Numbered from the stretch's first letter, positions 1-13,421 are shown. The stretch is DNA of 64,000 bases from Takakia lepidozioides (GCA_030704615.1 CM060731.1:8122001-8186000), one strand, 5' to 3'. Notes: generated from the sequence alone by a model not told the origin. Numbers and translations: made by a program.

Positions 1-574
1 CAGACATTGCGAAATGCTCTGGTGCGGGCAGAAGGGAAGACCCAGGCCCTGTCGGGGTTCAGCTGGCAAAAGAACAAGCTGCTGACAGCAACAACATGGA
101 AGCAGAGTGGATACAAGTTGATTTTGACAAACCTGAGTCCATCAGACAAGGCATTAGAAGGCCCAAACAAAGAACACTGTCTAAAATATGTAATAACATG
201 AGACACAGTCGTCACACACTAACCCAACATGGGTCTTGGCGAACTTTCAGCAAAGCTGAAACAATCACAGAAGCAAAAAAAGGGGCAGGACCTCAAGGGA
301 AGATGTATAGAGTATCTTTTGCATTGATCAATGAGTACGTGGAAGAAGGAGAAGCTTACCCATTGCCAAGCACGGAGTACATGATGCAACCAACAGCACA
401 AATATCATGTCAGTTCACTCATAATGAGCTGGAGGCACTGGATGAGTTGGACGAGATATACCATATAAGTGATCACACTCCAATAAGACTACAACAACAC
501 CCCACATCAACATGTTGACACGGGGAAGTGCAAAGAAGGCCAAAATAGGGGATGGGATGCCTATTCTTGCTTGT

Positions 575-1747
575 AGGGTATGCACAGCAGGGACGTGGGA
601 TGGAGGCTTTGGAGACCTATGAGCAAATGATGTGCGACGGGTGAAGCCCGACCACATCACGTTTGTGTGCGTTTGCAGTGCGTGTGCAAGCCTGGCAGCC
701 CTGGAAAAAGGCGAAGAGGTGCATGGCATCATTGTCAGAACTGGACTTGTACCAGATGTGATCCTGAACTCTGCCCTGGTGGACATGTATGCCAAATGTG
801 GGTGCATGGAGGATGCAAAGGGAGTGTTCGACAATATAGTTGAATGAGATGTGATGTTGTGGAATGCAATGATCGCAGGATATGCACAGCATGGTTGTCA
901 TAGGGAGGTCCTGCAACTATTTGAAGGAATGCAGAAGAACGGCTTGAAGCAGTATGTGTTCTCTATGCATGCAGCCACACTGGCCTTCTGAATGACGGTA
1001 GACGCTACTTCGATTCCCTGATTCAAGATCATGGTGTCACACAGTGTAGCACTTTGGCTGCATGGTGGACCTTCTTGGACGTGCGGGACAACTGGATGAG
1101 GCAGTGGACCTGATTAATAAAATGCCAATCAATCCAGATGTTGTGGTGTGGAAGGCCTTGTTTAGTGCCTGCAGAATCCATGACAATGTAGAGATGGCTC
1201 AATGTGCGGCAACATCTATCCTCAAGTGGAATGAACAAGATGCCACGACTTATGTTGCTATCAATCATCTATGATGCAGCTGGCAGGTGGGTTGATACTG
1301 TAAAGGTGAGAAGAATGATGAAGGTCAGAGGGGTTGAAAAGGAGCCAGGTCGCTGCTACATTGAGGTTTGCAACAGGGTGCACACCTTCGTTGTAGATGA
1401 CAAGTTGCATCCCAGAATTAAGGAAATCCATGTTGTGCTGAGAAGATTGTCTGGGAAGATGAAGGAGGCGGGGTATGTGCCTAACATGCACTTTGTATTG
1501 CATGATGTGGGGAGGATGAAAAGGATTTTTCTCTTTGCCACCACAGTGAGAAGCTGGCCATTGGTTTTGGGCTGATCAGCATGACCCCTAGGACGCCTCT
1601 CCGCCTCATCAAGAATCTTCGAGTGTGTGGTGACTGCCACACCTCCACCAAATTCATCTAAAGATTGTTGGCCGAGCAATTGTTGTACGGGACGCTAACC
1701 GCTTTCACCACTTTGAAGATGGGATTTGTTCTTGTGGTTACCGGTGA
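575..1747 (+). pseudogene. PLS-class PPR protein with E/E+/DYW domain (organellar RNA-editing factor), frameshifted
   Basis: Motifs [71 protein letters not shown] and [19 protein letters not shown]. They are spread over several frames with an in-frame TGA near 845. Confidence 0.9.
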
Positions 1748-2199
1748 AAGGATGTCTTCTTGGAAAGATGCGAGTGTCTTGCTTCATTCATTGATCTGTG
1801 ACTTAGCTACTCACACCATCCACCATTTCCCGAAGTAGTATTGACCATGATGTACTGTTGAGTGCATTTCCTGTGCCATAAATCCACAGGAAATGATAGT
1901 GGGGTCTACCCGGCATAAGTCAGCCCATAATTGCACTTGACTAAAGGGGTGATTTTTGACTGATTCCGGTGACAGTGGATGGAAATCAGAGTGTTGTCCT
2001 AATTCTGGGTTTGGGTGGTGGAGCTTCTCCAAAGCTTCAAGATGGAAGTGAATACAAATTTTAATGAGCTTGATGAGAGGGGCAGCCCTGTGCACAAGTT
2101 TGTTCAGCATCTTAAATTTGGATGTATGTTTGTTTCTCGTGGTGTGGCTTTGGATAGAGCCCTTGATGAACTTGCATGAATATTGTCAAAATTCAGAAT

Positions 2200-3490
2200 T
2201 AAAGGAGTCGAACAATGGATATTCAACCATACGAGTCCCTACTGCAACAGCTCCTACTGCAACGGTTCCTCTTCATTAGATTACGAAAGAACCAAAGATC
2301 AGCATGCCCGAGAAATTTGATGGGACGAGATCAAGATTTCGCGGTTTTGTTCAACAAGTACGACTTTTTCTACGACTACATCCACAACGCTACCCTGATT
2401 AAGGTATTCAAGTGGGATTCGTAGGCACCCTTCTATCAGGCACTGCCCTATCTTGGTTTGCACCACTATTAGAAAAAAATTCGCATTTACTATATAATTT
2501 TGAAGCATTCATGTCCGAGTTCACTGCAACGTTTGGAGAGAATGATAGAGAGAGAGTTGCAGAGACAAAGATGCGAAATCTTCGACAAGGAGCACGTCCT
2601 GCTTCCGTTTATGCTGCCGAATTTTGACAACTTGCGTGCGACCTCGACTGGAATGAGAAGAGCCTCATTAGTCAGTTTCGATGTGGGCTAAAAGATGATG
2701 TAAAAGATTTGTTGCTGACAATGCCAAACGTGAGTACACTGAGCGAATTCATCACCCAAGTCATTGCATGCGATAATCGTTTGTTCGAAAGACGTCAAGA
2801 GAAGCGATCTGGATGGTCGACGACGCATCATGCCGCTACTACTACGGCACCAAACACAAGGATCTATCAGACATCCGGTAATGATCCTATGCAGATCGAT
2901 GCTGTCCGATTCAAGCCATTGACACCACAAGAAAAACAAAGACGGCACTCGAATGAATTATGCCTTTATTGCGGAGAAGATGATCACATAGCATTAAACT
3001 GCCCCAACAAGAGAAGATTCAAAGCTCGGGGCATAACTCAAGTGTTCAATACGAGGACGTCGGAAAACGAAGATGTCCAGTCACAGTAGGGACTATGTGG
3101 CTGGACACCCCAAATTCCTCAAAAAAAAATGTCTTTTTTTACCTCCAGACCTTGTACTTTGTTTCATAGTTCCAGTAAAGATCAGGATGCAAAATCGAGA
3201 TATCTCCGTAGAAGCACTTTTGGACTTAGGCGCTTCAGCGTGTTTTATTGACAAAGACTTTGCGAATCAACACAATTTAACGCTCGTAAGAAAGAAATTC
3301 TCGGCCCTGTTGAAGTCATCGATGGACGACCGTTAACATCAGGAATATTGACCATGAAACTCAACCCCTTGAAGTAAAGCTTAAAAATCAAGCATCACAG
3401 ATTGTTTTCAATGTCATCCAGTCTCCAACAAATCCTGTGATCCTTGGACCTCCCTCGTTTGTATTTCATAATCCTGACATCGACTGGCAC
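2200..3490 (+). mobile_element. Ty3/gypsy chromovirus (Tcn1-like) gag + protease, decayed
   Basis: PEKFDGTRSRFRGF, LRQGARPASVYAAEF, zinc knuckle CLYCGEDDHIALNC and protease ALLDLGASACF. Ends at NPDIDWH. Confidence 0.9.
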
Positions 3491-3587
3491 CATTTTTTTC
3501 CCCATCTTGAAGTAAATTGCCAGGGTACTACTCCACGTTCTTTAAAAAAAATAAAAAAAAATAAAAAATATGGGATGCCATCCAGAC

Positions 3588-3741
3588 GGAGGTTATAATC
3601 TAAGTTCTCGGGTTCACTACAAGCTGATCCTATCTTCATTTCAATTTATGAGTATTCTAATATATTATTATTTTAAGTTTTCATAGTTTTATTATTTTCA
3701 CGAAAACTTGGGTTTGTTTGCATAACTGGATAACAAAATGC
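3588..3741 (+). repeat. ~155-bp dispersed repeat, inverted copy at 29155-29309
   Basis: Near-identical reverse complement at 29155-29309. This copy is bracketed by GGGATGCCATCCA (3572-3584, 3742-3754). Confidence 0.8.
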
Positions 3742-3880
3742 GGGATGCCATCCATACATAAAGTCCATTTACTCACAACTGTACTGGCTTAAAAATTATA
3801 TTTGTTGCCAACTGGGCCAGCAGGATATTAGAAACAAGAAAGCTCGAAAACCCAAAACCGGCGGATCTGAACCCAAAGTT

Positions 3881-4116
3881 GTTTTTTTTTTTTTTTTCCA
3901 AAGGGAAACCTGGGAGCGACAGCTCACAAATCAGGCCCCTTGATAGAGAGAGGAGAAAATAACCTCTCAGTAACCTCGCCGTAAGGCTTTCTGATGCGAC
4001 ACTGCGTAGGGAAGGGGAGAAGAGCGTACCACACCCGTCAAGTAGCAGGATTTGAACCCAGGGTCATCCGGATGGCACTCAGTGCACTTTACCAACTGAG
4101 CTATTGACTGTTGGTC
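3881..4116 (-). mobile_element. tRNA-derived SINE, family A
   Basis: Minus strand has box A TAGCTCAGTTGG, box B GGTTCAAATCC and a poly(A) tail. TSD CCAAAGTT at 3873-3880 and 4117-4124. Second copy at 59705. Confidence 0.88.
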
Positions 4117-4139
4117 CCAAAGTTAAAGTTAGACTGGAC

Positions 4140-4410
4140 CAGTGTTTTTATTTCTAGTGAAATTTTGCAACATTTTGACCTCAAAAAATAAAATGGAATT
4201 TTTTGTTGTAAATTCCCTGTTTTCTCATGGATGAAATCGCCAAACGTCTCCAAAAAAATACGAATTATGGATGAATTTGCCAAATATGGATGAAAGTACA
4301 GAGGAGGATGATTCTGTCCAAATTCAGTGGATGAACAGAAAATATGGCTATTTCTTGCAAAACTCAGTAGCCACTCCTGTTATTTTCCAAATTTCAGAAA
4401 AAAAACACTG
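4140..4410. mobile_element. hAT-type MITE
   Basis: TIRs CAGTGTTTTT...AAAAACACTG. 8-bp TSD GACTGGAC/AACTGGAC (one mismatch). Confidence 0.8.
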
Positions 4411-4536
4411 AACTGGACCGATATCAAGAAATTAAAATATCTGACTCATTCTTCTTTTTAGTCCTTACTTCCTTTCTTCTGTGTTTCTGGCTTGGAGTGG
4501 AACCTCAATCCTCTACCTTCATGCCCTTCTATAAGG

Positions 4537-4776
4537 TTTTTTTTTTTTTTTTTTGAAAAAGGAAACCTGGGAGCGACTGCTCACAATTCAGGCCCTTGAG
4601 GAGGGGGAAAATTTAACCCCCTTTCATATAAGCCATTAGGCACACAGGTGGGAAACATCACCAAAGACCAAACCGATCACGAACAATCCACACACCGCAC
4701 AGGGCATCGGGTTCGAACCCTGAACCACCAGGGCGACACACTGTGCACTTACCAGCTGAACTACCAGCCGATGTGC
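4537..4776 (-). mobile_element. tRNA-derived SINE, family B
   Basis: Box A TAGTTCAGCTGG, box B GGTTCGAACCC, poly(A). 3' tail is shared with family A. Confidence 0.85.
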
Positions 4777-5055
4777 TACTATTTTAATAAAAACTGGGGC
4801 TTTGCGTTGCTCCGCACTACTAGCGACGAATTTTGAGAACTAGGTTCAATTTTTCACCAAAAAAAAAGGCCGGGTCATCCCCACGGTGGTACATGCAGAG
4901 ATCCTGTGTTTTGTTTTTTTTTGGAAGAAAAATGGCGGATCTGCATTTCAAAATTCAATTTTCACAACCCGCATCAATCAATAACAATATACCCAAATAC
5001 CCTTACATTCACTGCATGAACTTTCAAGCATCCACCATGGGATTGGATCTTGGTG

Positions 5056-5653
5056 GGTTAAGGCAGAGAACATGACTAGACACAAACAAGAGATAAGACT
5101 AGAGGTACAAGACTAGACAAGAAGTCAAGGTCGGCGTGGCCGAATGCACGATGAGTAAATATGAATCAAGACGATCTTTATAACAATGAACAAGAGTACA
5201 AAATATTGGAACACGACTTGAATAGTGGAATGCTAGAAACTGGACTGGAGTACCAGATACTAGAAACTGGGCTAGAGTACTGGGAACTGGACGGGAGTAC
5301 TCGAAACTGGAAACAAGAGTAGCTTGAACCGGTGTTGGCGAGACTGAAGAGTGTCCAGTCTCACCTCCTATATATACTGGCTACTAAGAAGCTTCCCCTA
5401 AAGAAGGTTTCTTGCTGGAGAAGTTTCCAAGATTAAACAAAGGTTTCTTGATGGAGAAGTTTCCTCCAAATGAAGCTTCCTGAGCAGTTTCCCAAGTTAC
5501 TCTTGGTAATTTGATAAACTCCTGGTAACTTGGTAAGTAATGGTAAATCATGGTAGATCATGGTAAATCACGATAAGTCCATGGTAATGTCGGTTAACTT
5601 GGTAACTTCTGGTATTTACTCCTGGTAAGTTCCTCTGGGCTATGTCCGTGACA
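5056..5653 (-). mobile_element. LTR of the Tcn1-like family (inverted)
   Basis: Reverse complement aligns to the LTR at 12686-13421 (TGTCACGGACATAGCCCAGAGG...) but lacks its internal duplication. Confidence 0.9.
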
Positions 5654-8600
5654 CCTACCTCGAAGCAAAATAAACCTCAAATTCTATCAGGACCTGCAGG
5701 AACAAAGGCTCAAGTTATCAGCGGGTATTAACTGGTCTTCCAAAGGAGAAAAAATGACCAAATACTTCTTTGCGAAAACTAGACTTAGAAAGGCATCTCA
5801 AGCGATAGCGGAGCTCATTGATCCATCTTTTGGGGATTCCACCTCTGTACCAAAGCACATGTCATATCTAGCTGTTGATCACTTACAGTCTCTCTTTCAC
5901 AATGATGTGCCCTTGGATTCTATTCTTCACAATGACTGTCTCGCTCACACCCCAAAGCTCCTCTCTCATGCCGCTGCCGAAATCCTTGATGGTCCTCTCC
6001 CACAGTCTGAGCTGTCTAAGGCATTGTCCAGGCTTAAGGATGACAAATCCTCGGGTCTGGATGGTATCCCGGTTGAGTTTTATAAAACCCTCTGGTCCCA
6101 CATCTGTAGACGACTTTCTAGCTATGTCAAATCATATCTTTGACTCACACCTCATGCCAAGTTCCATGTCTCAAGGAGAGTGCACTCTCTTTTTAAAAAA
6201 AGGGGACATGACAAACATCTCTAACTATAGACCTATAACTTTGCTAAACGTGGCTTACAAAATTATTGCTAAAGGTCTAGCTCTTCGTCTTCAGCCATAC
6301 CTGCTAACCATCATCAGACCTAGTCAAACAGGATTGATCAAAGGCCGATACATCATGGATAATATCCTCCTTTGCCCAGAGCTACCTCACTATGCCGACG
6401 AACCAGCCAAGCTTTAAAGCCTTCTCCTCCTTGATTTCGAAAAAGCTTTTGATAGGGTTGAGTGGCCTTTCTTGCTAGGAACCCTCGCGAAGATAGGGTT
6501 GCCCCCTTCCTTTTGTCAGTGGGTTCGCATCCTCCTTCTTGGCTCCTCCAGCAGGTATTCATAAACAGTTCAGTTTCCAAACCTTCTCTCGGCAGATCTG
6601 TTCGTCAAGGCTGCCCCTTAGCACCCTTTTTGTTCATCATTGCAGCTGATACCCTTGGCTACATGTTGCAAGCTAACCATCACATAGTGGGGCTCAAAAT
6701 CAAAACACTCCAAATCTGGACAGTGGTGCACTAACTCTGGCATCCTTTTGTGATGCTTCTGGATTTAAAGTAAACTGGAAAAAGACTTGTGCCCTGCTGG
6801 TAGGTGATACTTATAGGTCCCTTTTGGGTCATGTTCCCGATTGGGGGGATGCCCTAGGCCTGCTTTGGCTGAAGCCAGGGCAAACAACTACATTGCTTGG
6901 TTACACCTTCGGTGTGGACCTATCTGACGAGCAGCGCTTTGCCCCTATCCTCTCCAAATGCAAAAGGCACCTGTTGTTTGGGGTTGGTTCTTTTCATTCC
7001 TCTCCATCACTGGACGTGCGTTAATTGCGAATCAGGTCATCTATGCTAGCATTTGGTTTTTTTCATCTTCATGGAGCACTCCCTGAGTCCGATCTGCGAA
7101 TATAGGGCTTTGATAAGGAGCTATATTTGGGGAGTTCATACAGTGGGGCAAAAGATGAGACCTCAAGTAGCATGGAAGCAAATTTGTCTTCCTAAAAAGA
7201 TGGGGGTCTTGGGATTTTGGATTCCGAGACCCAAATCACTGCACTGCTCGACAAGTGGCTCCCAAGGTTCCTTGGCCCGGAGGGGGGGTGGTGGAAATTT
7301 CTAGTGGTGGAAAACTTACAGATAGCCAGCCCTCTCAAAGTCTCATGCTGGCAGCCCTCGTGCCACTGGATCACGCAAGGTTTCAATCACAAAATGGTTG
7401 GATCCCCTCTCTGCATTTCTATCTGGAAGGCATGGTCCAAAATCAGACCCTTCTTGCGGAAATCAGAGCCTGAATCTTATGAAGAGACTCTAAGACAACA
7501 TCTATTTCCTTAATGGTAATGCTCCCTCTGCTACAGAAAGAAGCCAAGCCAAAAAATGGTCAGCCTGGGATGTAAGAGGAGTCAGCCAGTTGAAGGATCT
7601 GTGGAGCTCTTCCAGATTCTTGCAAATAGAATCTATTGCTCCAAGGATTGGAACATCAAGGGCAAAGGCGGGTCTCAACGATATTATCCAAAGCATCCCA
7701 GCACGATGGGTGACCTCCTTGCAAGCACGACAAGTTACTCCAATGATGAACTTTTGGACTCTGGGCATCATAAATAACCAACTAACTATCCTACTGGTGC
7801 TAGAAATCACTGCCACTCATTTCTCCAGGTTTTCCTTTCACATAAATCCTGACACTCTTGTCTTGATCCTGGCCTCCCAATCCCCATCCCTGTTTCCCCG
7901 CTTCACCCATACTCCTGTAAGAATCTGTAACTGGTCTTCCAAATTCAAGGAGTTCAATCCGCAGCCTCCCCTCACCATCCCTATTCTCTCTTGTTATCTT
8001 CGTCCACCTTTCTCTGGATTTCTGGCAGGCCTCTGTCCGAGCTTCATCTGGACCCTAAGGAATGGGATTGGGCCTTTGGCCGTTCTCCTTCCCCATTTCT
8101 TACATACATCACCAAGAAGGCCTACAAGGCGCTAAGCAACCCTACCCCAATTTATGAAAAGTGGAATGTTAAATGGAGTCATTTCAGCTTTGCCAATGAA
8201 AACTGGGGTTCTATTTGGGCGTTGATCTGGCTTAAAATCAAACGTGCTAAAATTTCTGCCTTCTTTTGGCAGATGGCTAATAGAGCCCTCAAAGTAGGGG
8301 AATGGTTACAATTCCATGGAGCCCTTCTATGCTCCTGTTGCTCCTCCGGAATCATTGAAACACATGAGCACTGCCTCCTTACGTGTACAACCCCGGCGAA
8401 AATATGGCCTTTGATCAAAGTATTCTACAGGCACTGGAGCCTCCTTGATCTTTCCCCAATTATCCTGCTCCTCAACTACAACCAGACCTCCAAAGGGAGA
8501 GCCATCAACTGCCCGGTCTTCGAGACCCTTAGAGCTTCGGCTTTGTGGCATCTATGGCGTGCGCGTTGTACTAGGTCTTTCAATGGTGAGACTTGCTCTA

Positions 8601-8851
8601 CTTCGGCCCTTCTCTCTTCAATTTACAGCGACTTACTAATCGAATCGAGAAAAGCATGGGCAAAATGTGTTGCAAATTGCGAAAAGAAACCTAGGCAAGC
8701 GCCCTCAATCCATGCCACCTTCAGATCAACGTGGGCCTCCCATGGCATCATTTGTCAAAGCGACGAGCAAGATCTCTGTATTTGGAACCCTCTCCCCCCT
8801 CAACGCTGGAGAAACCTTCGAGCTCTACTCCACGACCTCGCCAGAGTTTGA
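5654..8851 (+). mobile_element. L1-clade LINE ORF2 (RT + zf-RVT), decayed
   Basis: GEKMTKYFF, GLDGIPVEFYK, NYRPITLLNVAYKIIAK, LDFEKAFDRV, VRQGCPLAP and CSCCSSGIIETHEHCLLTC. Frameshifted; the YADD region is not visible. Confidence 0.92.
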
Positions 8852-8996
8852 GAGAGAATTCAATTGGAAACATCTCAAGCACCCCACCACGTCTTCCAGG
8901 CTCAATTTTAGGTAGTTTGCTATAGTCATGGATTAGCTTCTCGGTAATCGATGCTTACAAACAGACCTTCGGCTAAAAAGTATTGGCACTGGGGGC

Positions 8997-11900
8997 GTGG
9001 CTAGGATGGTTTTTCGATCTTACAACATTTTGGCAAGACAAAAATGCAAAAGTACCAAAGGTATTCGACCCCTGTTTCTTGGAGCTAGAGCCTTCATGAG
9101 AGCTATGAAGAAAGACGCGACATTTGCTCTTTATGCGACTCCGATCAAAACCACAACAGACCAAGGTACTTCGACATTACCCACTCAATATCAAGATTTC
9201 AAGGATGTTTTCGAGAAGAAAAATGCAAACATGTTGCTAGAACATCGACCTTATGATTGTGCAATTGAGTTGCAAGAATGAGCTCAACCATCATTCGACC
9301 CGATCTACAATTTATCTCAGACGGAGCTGGCTGCTTTACGCGTATACATTGATGAAAATTTGTCAAAGAATTTCATTCGACATTCGAAATCACCTGCGGG
9401 AGCACCTATTTTATTTGTGAAGAAGAAAGACGGATCGTTACGCATGTGTGTGGACTATCGTGGGCTCAACAAAGTCACTATAAAAAATCGTTACCCACTA
9501 CCGCTGATTTCCGGACTACTCGAACAACTTGGACGAACAACTTTTTTAATAAAGATCGACTTGAGAGGAGCTTAAAACCTTGTACGAATAAAAGAAGGAG
9601 ACGAATGGAAGACTGTTTTTCGCACAAGGTCGGACATTTCGAATACAGTGTTATGCCTTTTAGTCTTACAAATGCTCCAATAATTTTTCAACACATGATG
9701 AATGACATCTTTGAAGAATTTTTAGATGACTTTGTAATCATCTATTTAGACGACATTTTGATATTTTCACATAATGAAGAAGAACATGGTCGCCATGTAC
9801 GCCGTGTCCTTGATAAATTGAGGAAAAAATGACTACATGCCAAGTTGGAAAAATGTCTTTTCCACCAATCTGAAGTACATTATTTCCGACAAATGCATCT
9901 TTATGGATCAGAAGAAAATACAAACCATCATCGAGTGGATTAAATCGGTCCGAGATGTACAATGTTTTCTAGGATTTGCAAATTTCTCATCAAGGACTAC
10001 TTCAAAATTGCTGCACCATTGACACGACTCACAGGGAAGGAAAAATTTGTATGGGACGATAAGGCTGATCAAGCATTTGAAATGTTGAAGCAGGCATTTA
10101 TAACTGCTCCAATACTGGTACATGCAGACCCATCTAAACCATTCTTTCTTTAAGCAGATGCATCGGACTTTGCACTTGGCGCGGTATTCTCTCAATATGG
10201 TACAGATGACCGACTTCAACCTGTTGGTTTTCGTTCTCGCAAATTTTCCGCTGCGGAGATCAATTATGAAATCCATGACAAAGAACTTCTAGAGATTATC
10301 GATGCTTTGAGGAGTGGCGTTATCTATTGGATGGAGCTAAACATCAGGTTACAGTCTATACCGATCACAAAACCCTCGAGTATTTTATGAGTGCTCGTGT
10401 TTTGAATTGACGTCAAGCGAGCTGGAGTATGTCACTAGCAAGGTTTGATTTTGTTATTACATACCGTCCCGGACATCTTCAAGGAAAACCAGATGCTCTT
10501 TCTCGACGATCGTATCTTGCGCCAAAAGAAGGGGATGCAGCTTTTGACCAACAGAAATCCATCATCTTGAAACCAGCAAATCTCCAATTGAATATGTTAT
10601 CCATGTCCATCTATGACGATGTAGAGATCATAAAGGAGATTCAGGAAGCACTGAAGAGCGACCAATTTGCTACGACACTACGAAGTCAACTAAATCGACC
10701 TCGAGACAACCCACATGTTACAAACGACTTCGAATTCAAAGATGACTTACTTTATTTCAAAGGACTTCTCTATGTACCTCGAGAACCTACACGACTTCGA
10801 ATTCTTCAAACATGTCATGATCTTCCGGCTGTAGGACATTTTGGCTTCAACAAAACAATGGAATTGATATCCAGGGACTACTGGTGGCCGCAGATGTGGA
10901 AACTCGTGAAAGAATTTATAAAATCTTGCGACACGTGTGTTAGAACGAAGAGACCACAACATCGACCTTACAGCCTTCTTCAACCATTACCCATTCCCAA
11001 GGGTCCATGGTCGTCCGTGTCTATGGACTTTATTACGGATCTTCCAATTTCCAAAACCACCGATTCAATCTTTGTTATTGTAGATCATTTTACGAAGATA
11101 ACACATTTCATTCCACGTAATAAGACGGTTACCGGCGAGGAAACTGCAAGACTCTTCCTCAATAATATCTACCGCATTCATGGACTCCCAAATGACATCG
11201 TATTTGATCGAGGACCACAGTTCATATCAAATTTCTGGAGGGGATTATTTCACATATTGGATACTAAGATCAAGCTCTCTACAACTAATCATCCACAGAC
11301 TAATGGTCAACCGAACGTGTAAATCAAATTTTGGAGCAGTATCTTCGTTGTATGATAAATTATCACCAAGATAATTGGACGGACCTTCTGTCATTGGCTG
11401 AGTTTGCCTACAACAACACTATACATTTTTCGACCAAACAAACTCCATTTTTCTCCAATTATGGTCATCATCCTCGAGCAAACCCTTTCCACATGAAGAC
11501 CGTTGGCAGCCCTGCTGAAGAAAACCTTGCTACTCATCTCGCTACGATTCACAAGGAGCTTACATTTCACCTCGCTGAAGCTAAAAAAAAATACAAGGAG
11601 TATGCAGATCAACGTCGCCAACTCCAACCCCAGTTCAAGGTCGGAGATCGTGTGTGGCTTCTTCAACGAGACATACAAACCTCGCGACCATCAAGGAAGT
11701 TGGATTATCAACGCCTGGGACCATTCAAAATTATTCGACAAATAAATCCGGTCAGTTTTCGGCTTGAACTCCCACGAAGTATGCGCATCCATCCAGTCTT
11801 TCATGTTTCATTATTGGAGATGTATCATCCACCGAATATTCCAGGGAGAGTCTCCGTACCACCTCCACCGATCGAGGTCAATCAGGAAATTGAGTATGAA

Positions 11901-12080
11901 GTCGACGAAGTCATAGACTCTCGCATCAAGTATAAACGTTTTGAGTATTTCGTACATTGGAAAGGCTACGACATCAGCGAACAAACGTGGGAATCTTCAT
12001 CCAACCTCGCCAATGCATCTGACAAAGTCCAAGAGTTTCATCAATGATATCCAGCTAAGCCCCGAGCTATACGTCAATAA
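8997..12080 (+). mobile_element. Tcn1-like chromovirus pol (RT, RNase H, integrase, chromodomain), decayed
   Basis: [32 protein letters not shown], integrase HHCC (H..GHFG..C..C), SMDFITDLP, GPFKI, HPVFHVSLL and chromodomain EYEVDEVIDSR..YFVHWKGY..TWE. Confidence 0.95.
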
Positions 12081-12685
12081 GACGTCACAACGATGATGTC
12101 AGCCAAGTAAGCTTCAAGGTGAAGACTTCACATTCAATGTACCTGATACACGCTAAGGAGGGAGGAACACCACACATCAGTATATATAGCTAAGCACTTC
12201 CAGCACTCTTGCATCTTGTATTGGCAATATGGAGTCACAGGAACCAGATACATTGGAGTTGTCGCTTACCCAACTATCAGATCAGCCGTTCCGACTCTCA
12301 TGACCTTCAACATCATGCCGACGCTCTTGAGACGATGGGTCACCAATGCGACGCGTACTTCCTCGTCTGGACCCCGTACGACGACAAGTGGAGCCTACTC
12401 GAAGTCTGATAATTCTGTTGGAGGTTGAGGCCTCGGACCCAGAGGACAACGAAATCATGTTTGAAGGCAGCTTCGAAAATCAGAATGTTCAAATCACTGC
12501 GTGGTCCCAAGTTCAAGGTGTTGGACACTATCGATGGTTGTAGGGACTTATAAATCATTTGAGTCAAGAACGAAGAGCCGAATACTTGGCAAGTACCATT
12601 CGCCCGGATTTGGATTTTCTCCAACTCTAAACAAGTCCAAGATTTTACCGCTCCTCGAGGAACTCGGTGCTAGAGGAGGGGGTGA

Positions 12686-13421
12686 TGTCACAGATATAGC
12701 CCAGAGGAACTTACCAGGAGTAAATACCAGAAGTTACCAAGTTACCATGTTATCGGAAGTTACCACGATTTATCGTGATTTACCGTGATTTATCATGATC
12801 TACCATTACTTACCATGTTACCGAAAGTTTACCAAATTACCAAGAGTAACTTTGGAAACGGCTTAGGAAGCTTCCTTTGGAGGAAACTTCTCCATTAAAA
12901 TACCTCATTTGTTTAAGGAAGCTTCTCCCTCAAGAAACCATGTTACCGGGAGTTTACCAAATTACCAAGAGTAACTTTGGAAACGGCTTAGGAAGCTTCC
13001 TTTGGAGGAAACTTCTCCATCAAAATACCTCATTTGTTTAAGGAAGCTTCTCCCTCAAGAAACCTTTGTTTACTCTTGGAAACTTTTACATCAAGAAAAC
13101 TCCATAGGGGAAGCTTCTTAGGAGACTTCTTAGTAGCTAGTATATATAGGTGGCGAGACTGGACATTCTTCAGTCTCGCCAACACCAGTTCAAGCTACTT
13201 TTGTTTCCAGTTTCCAGTATCTGGTATTCCACTCCAGTTTCCAGCATTCCAGTATTCAAGTCGTGTTCCAATATCTTGTACTCTTGTTCATTGTTATAAA
13301 GATCGTCTTGATTCATATTTACTCATCATGCATTCGGCCACGCCGACCTTGACTTCTTGTCTAGTCTTGTACCTCTAGTCTAATCTCTTGTTTGTGTTTA
13401 GTCATGTTCTCGTCCTTGACA
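12686..13421 (+). mobile_element. 3' LTR of the Tcn1-like element
   Basis: PPT AGAGGAGGGGG just upstream and TGTCA...TGACA ends. Internal ~125-bp tandem duplication (~12813-13064). Confidence 0.92.

Noticed and set aside
96-518. 140-aa ORF
   Set aside because: No recognisable motif, and it sits at the window edge, so no product can be supported.
845-847. Premature stops repaired by U-to-C RNA editing
   Set aside because: These are nuclear sequences with frameshifts too. CGA>TGA and CAR>TAR changes fit methyl-C deamination.
4040-4116. tRNA genes (also ~4700-4776, 26055-26125, 59705-59790)
   Set aside because: A/B boxes are present but there is no proper cloverleaf. They are SINE or other repeat heads.
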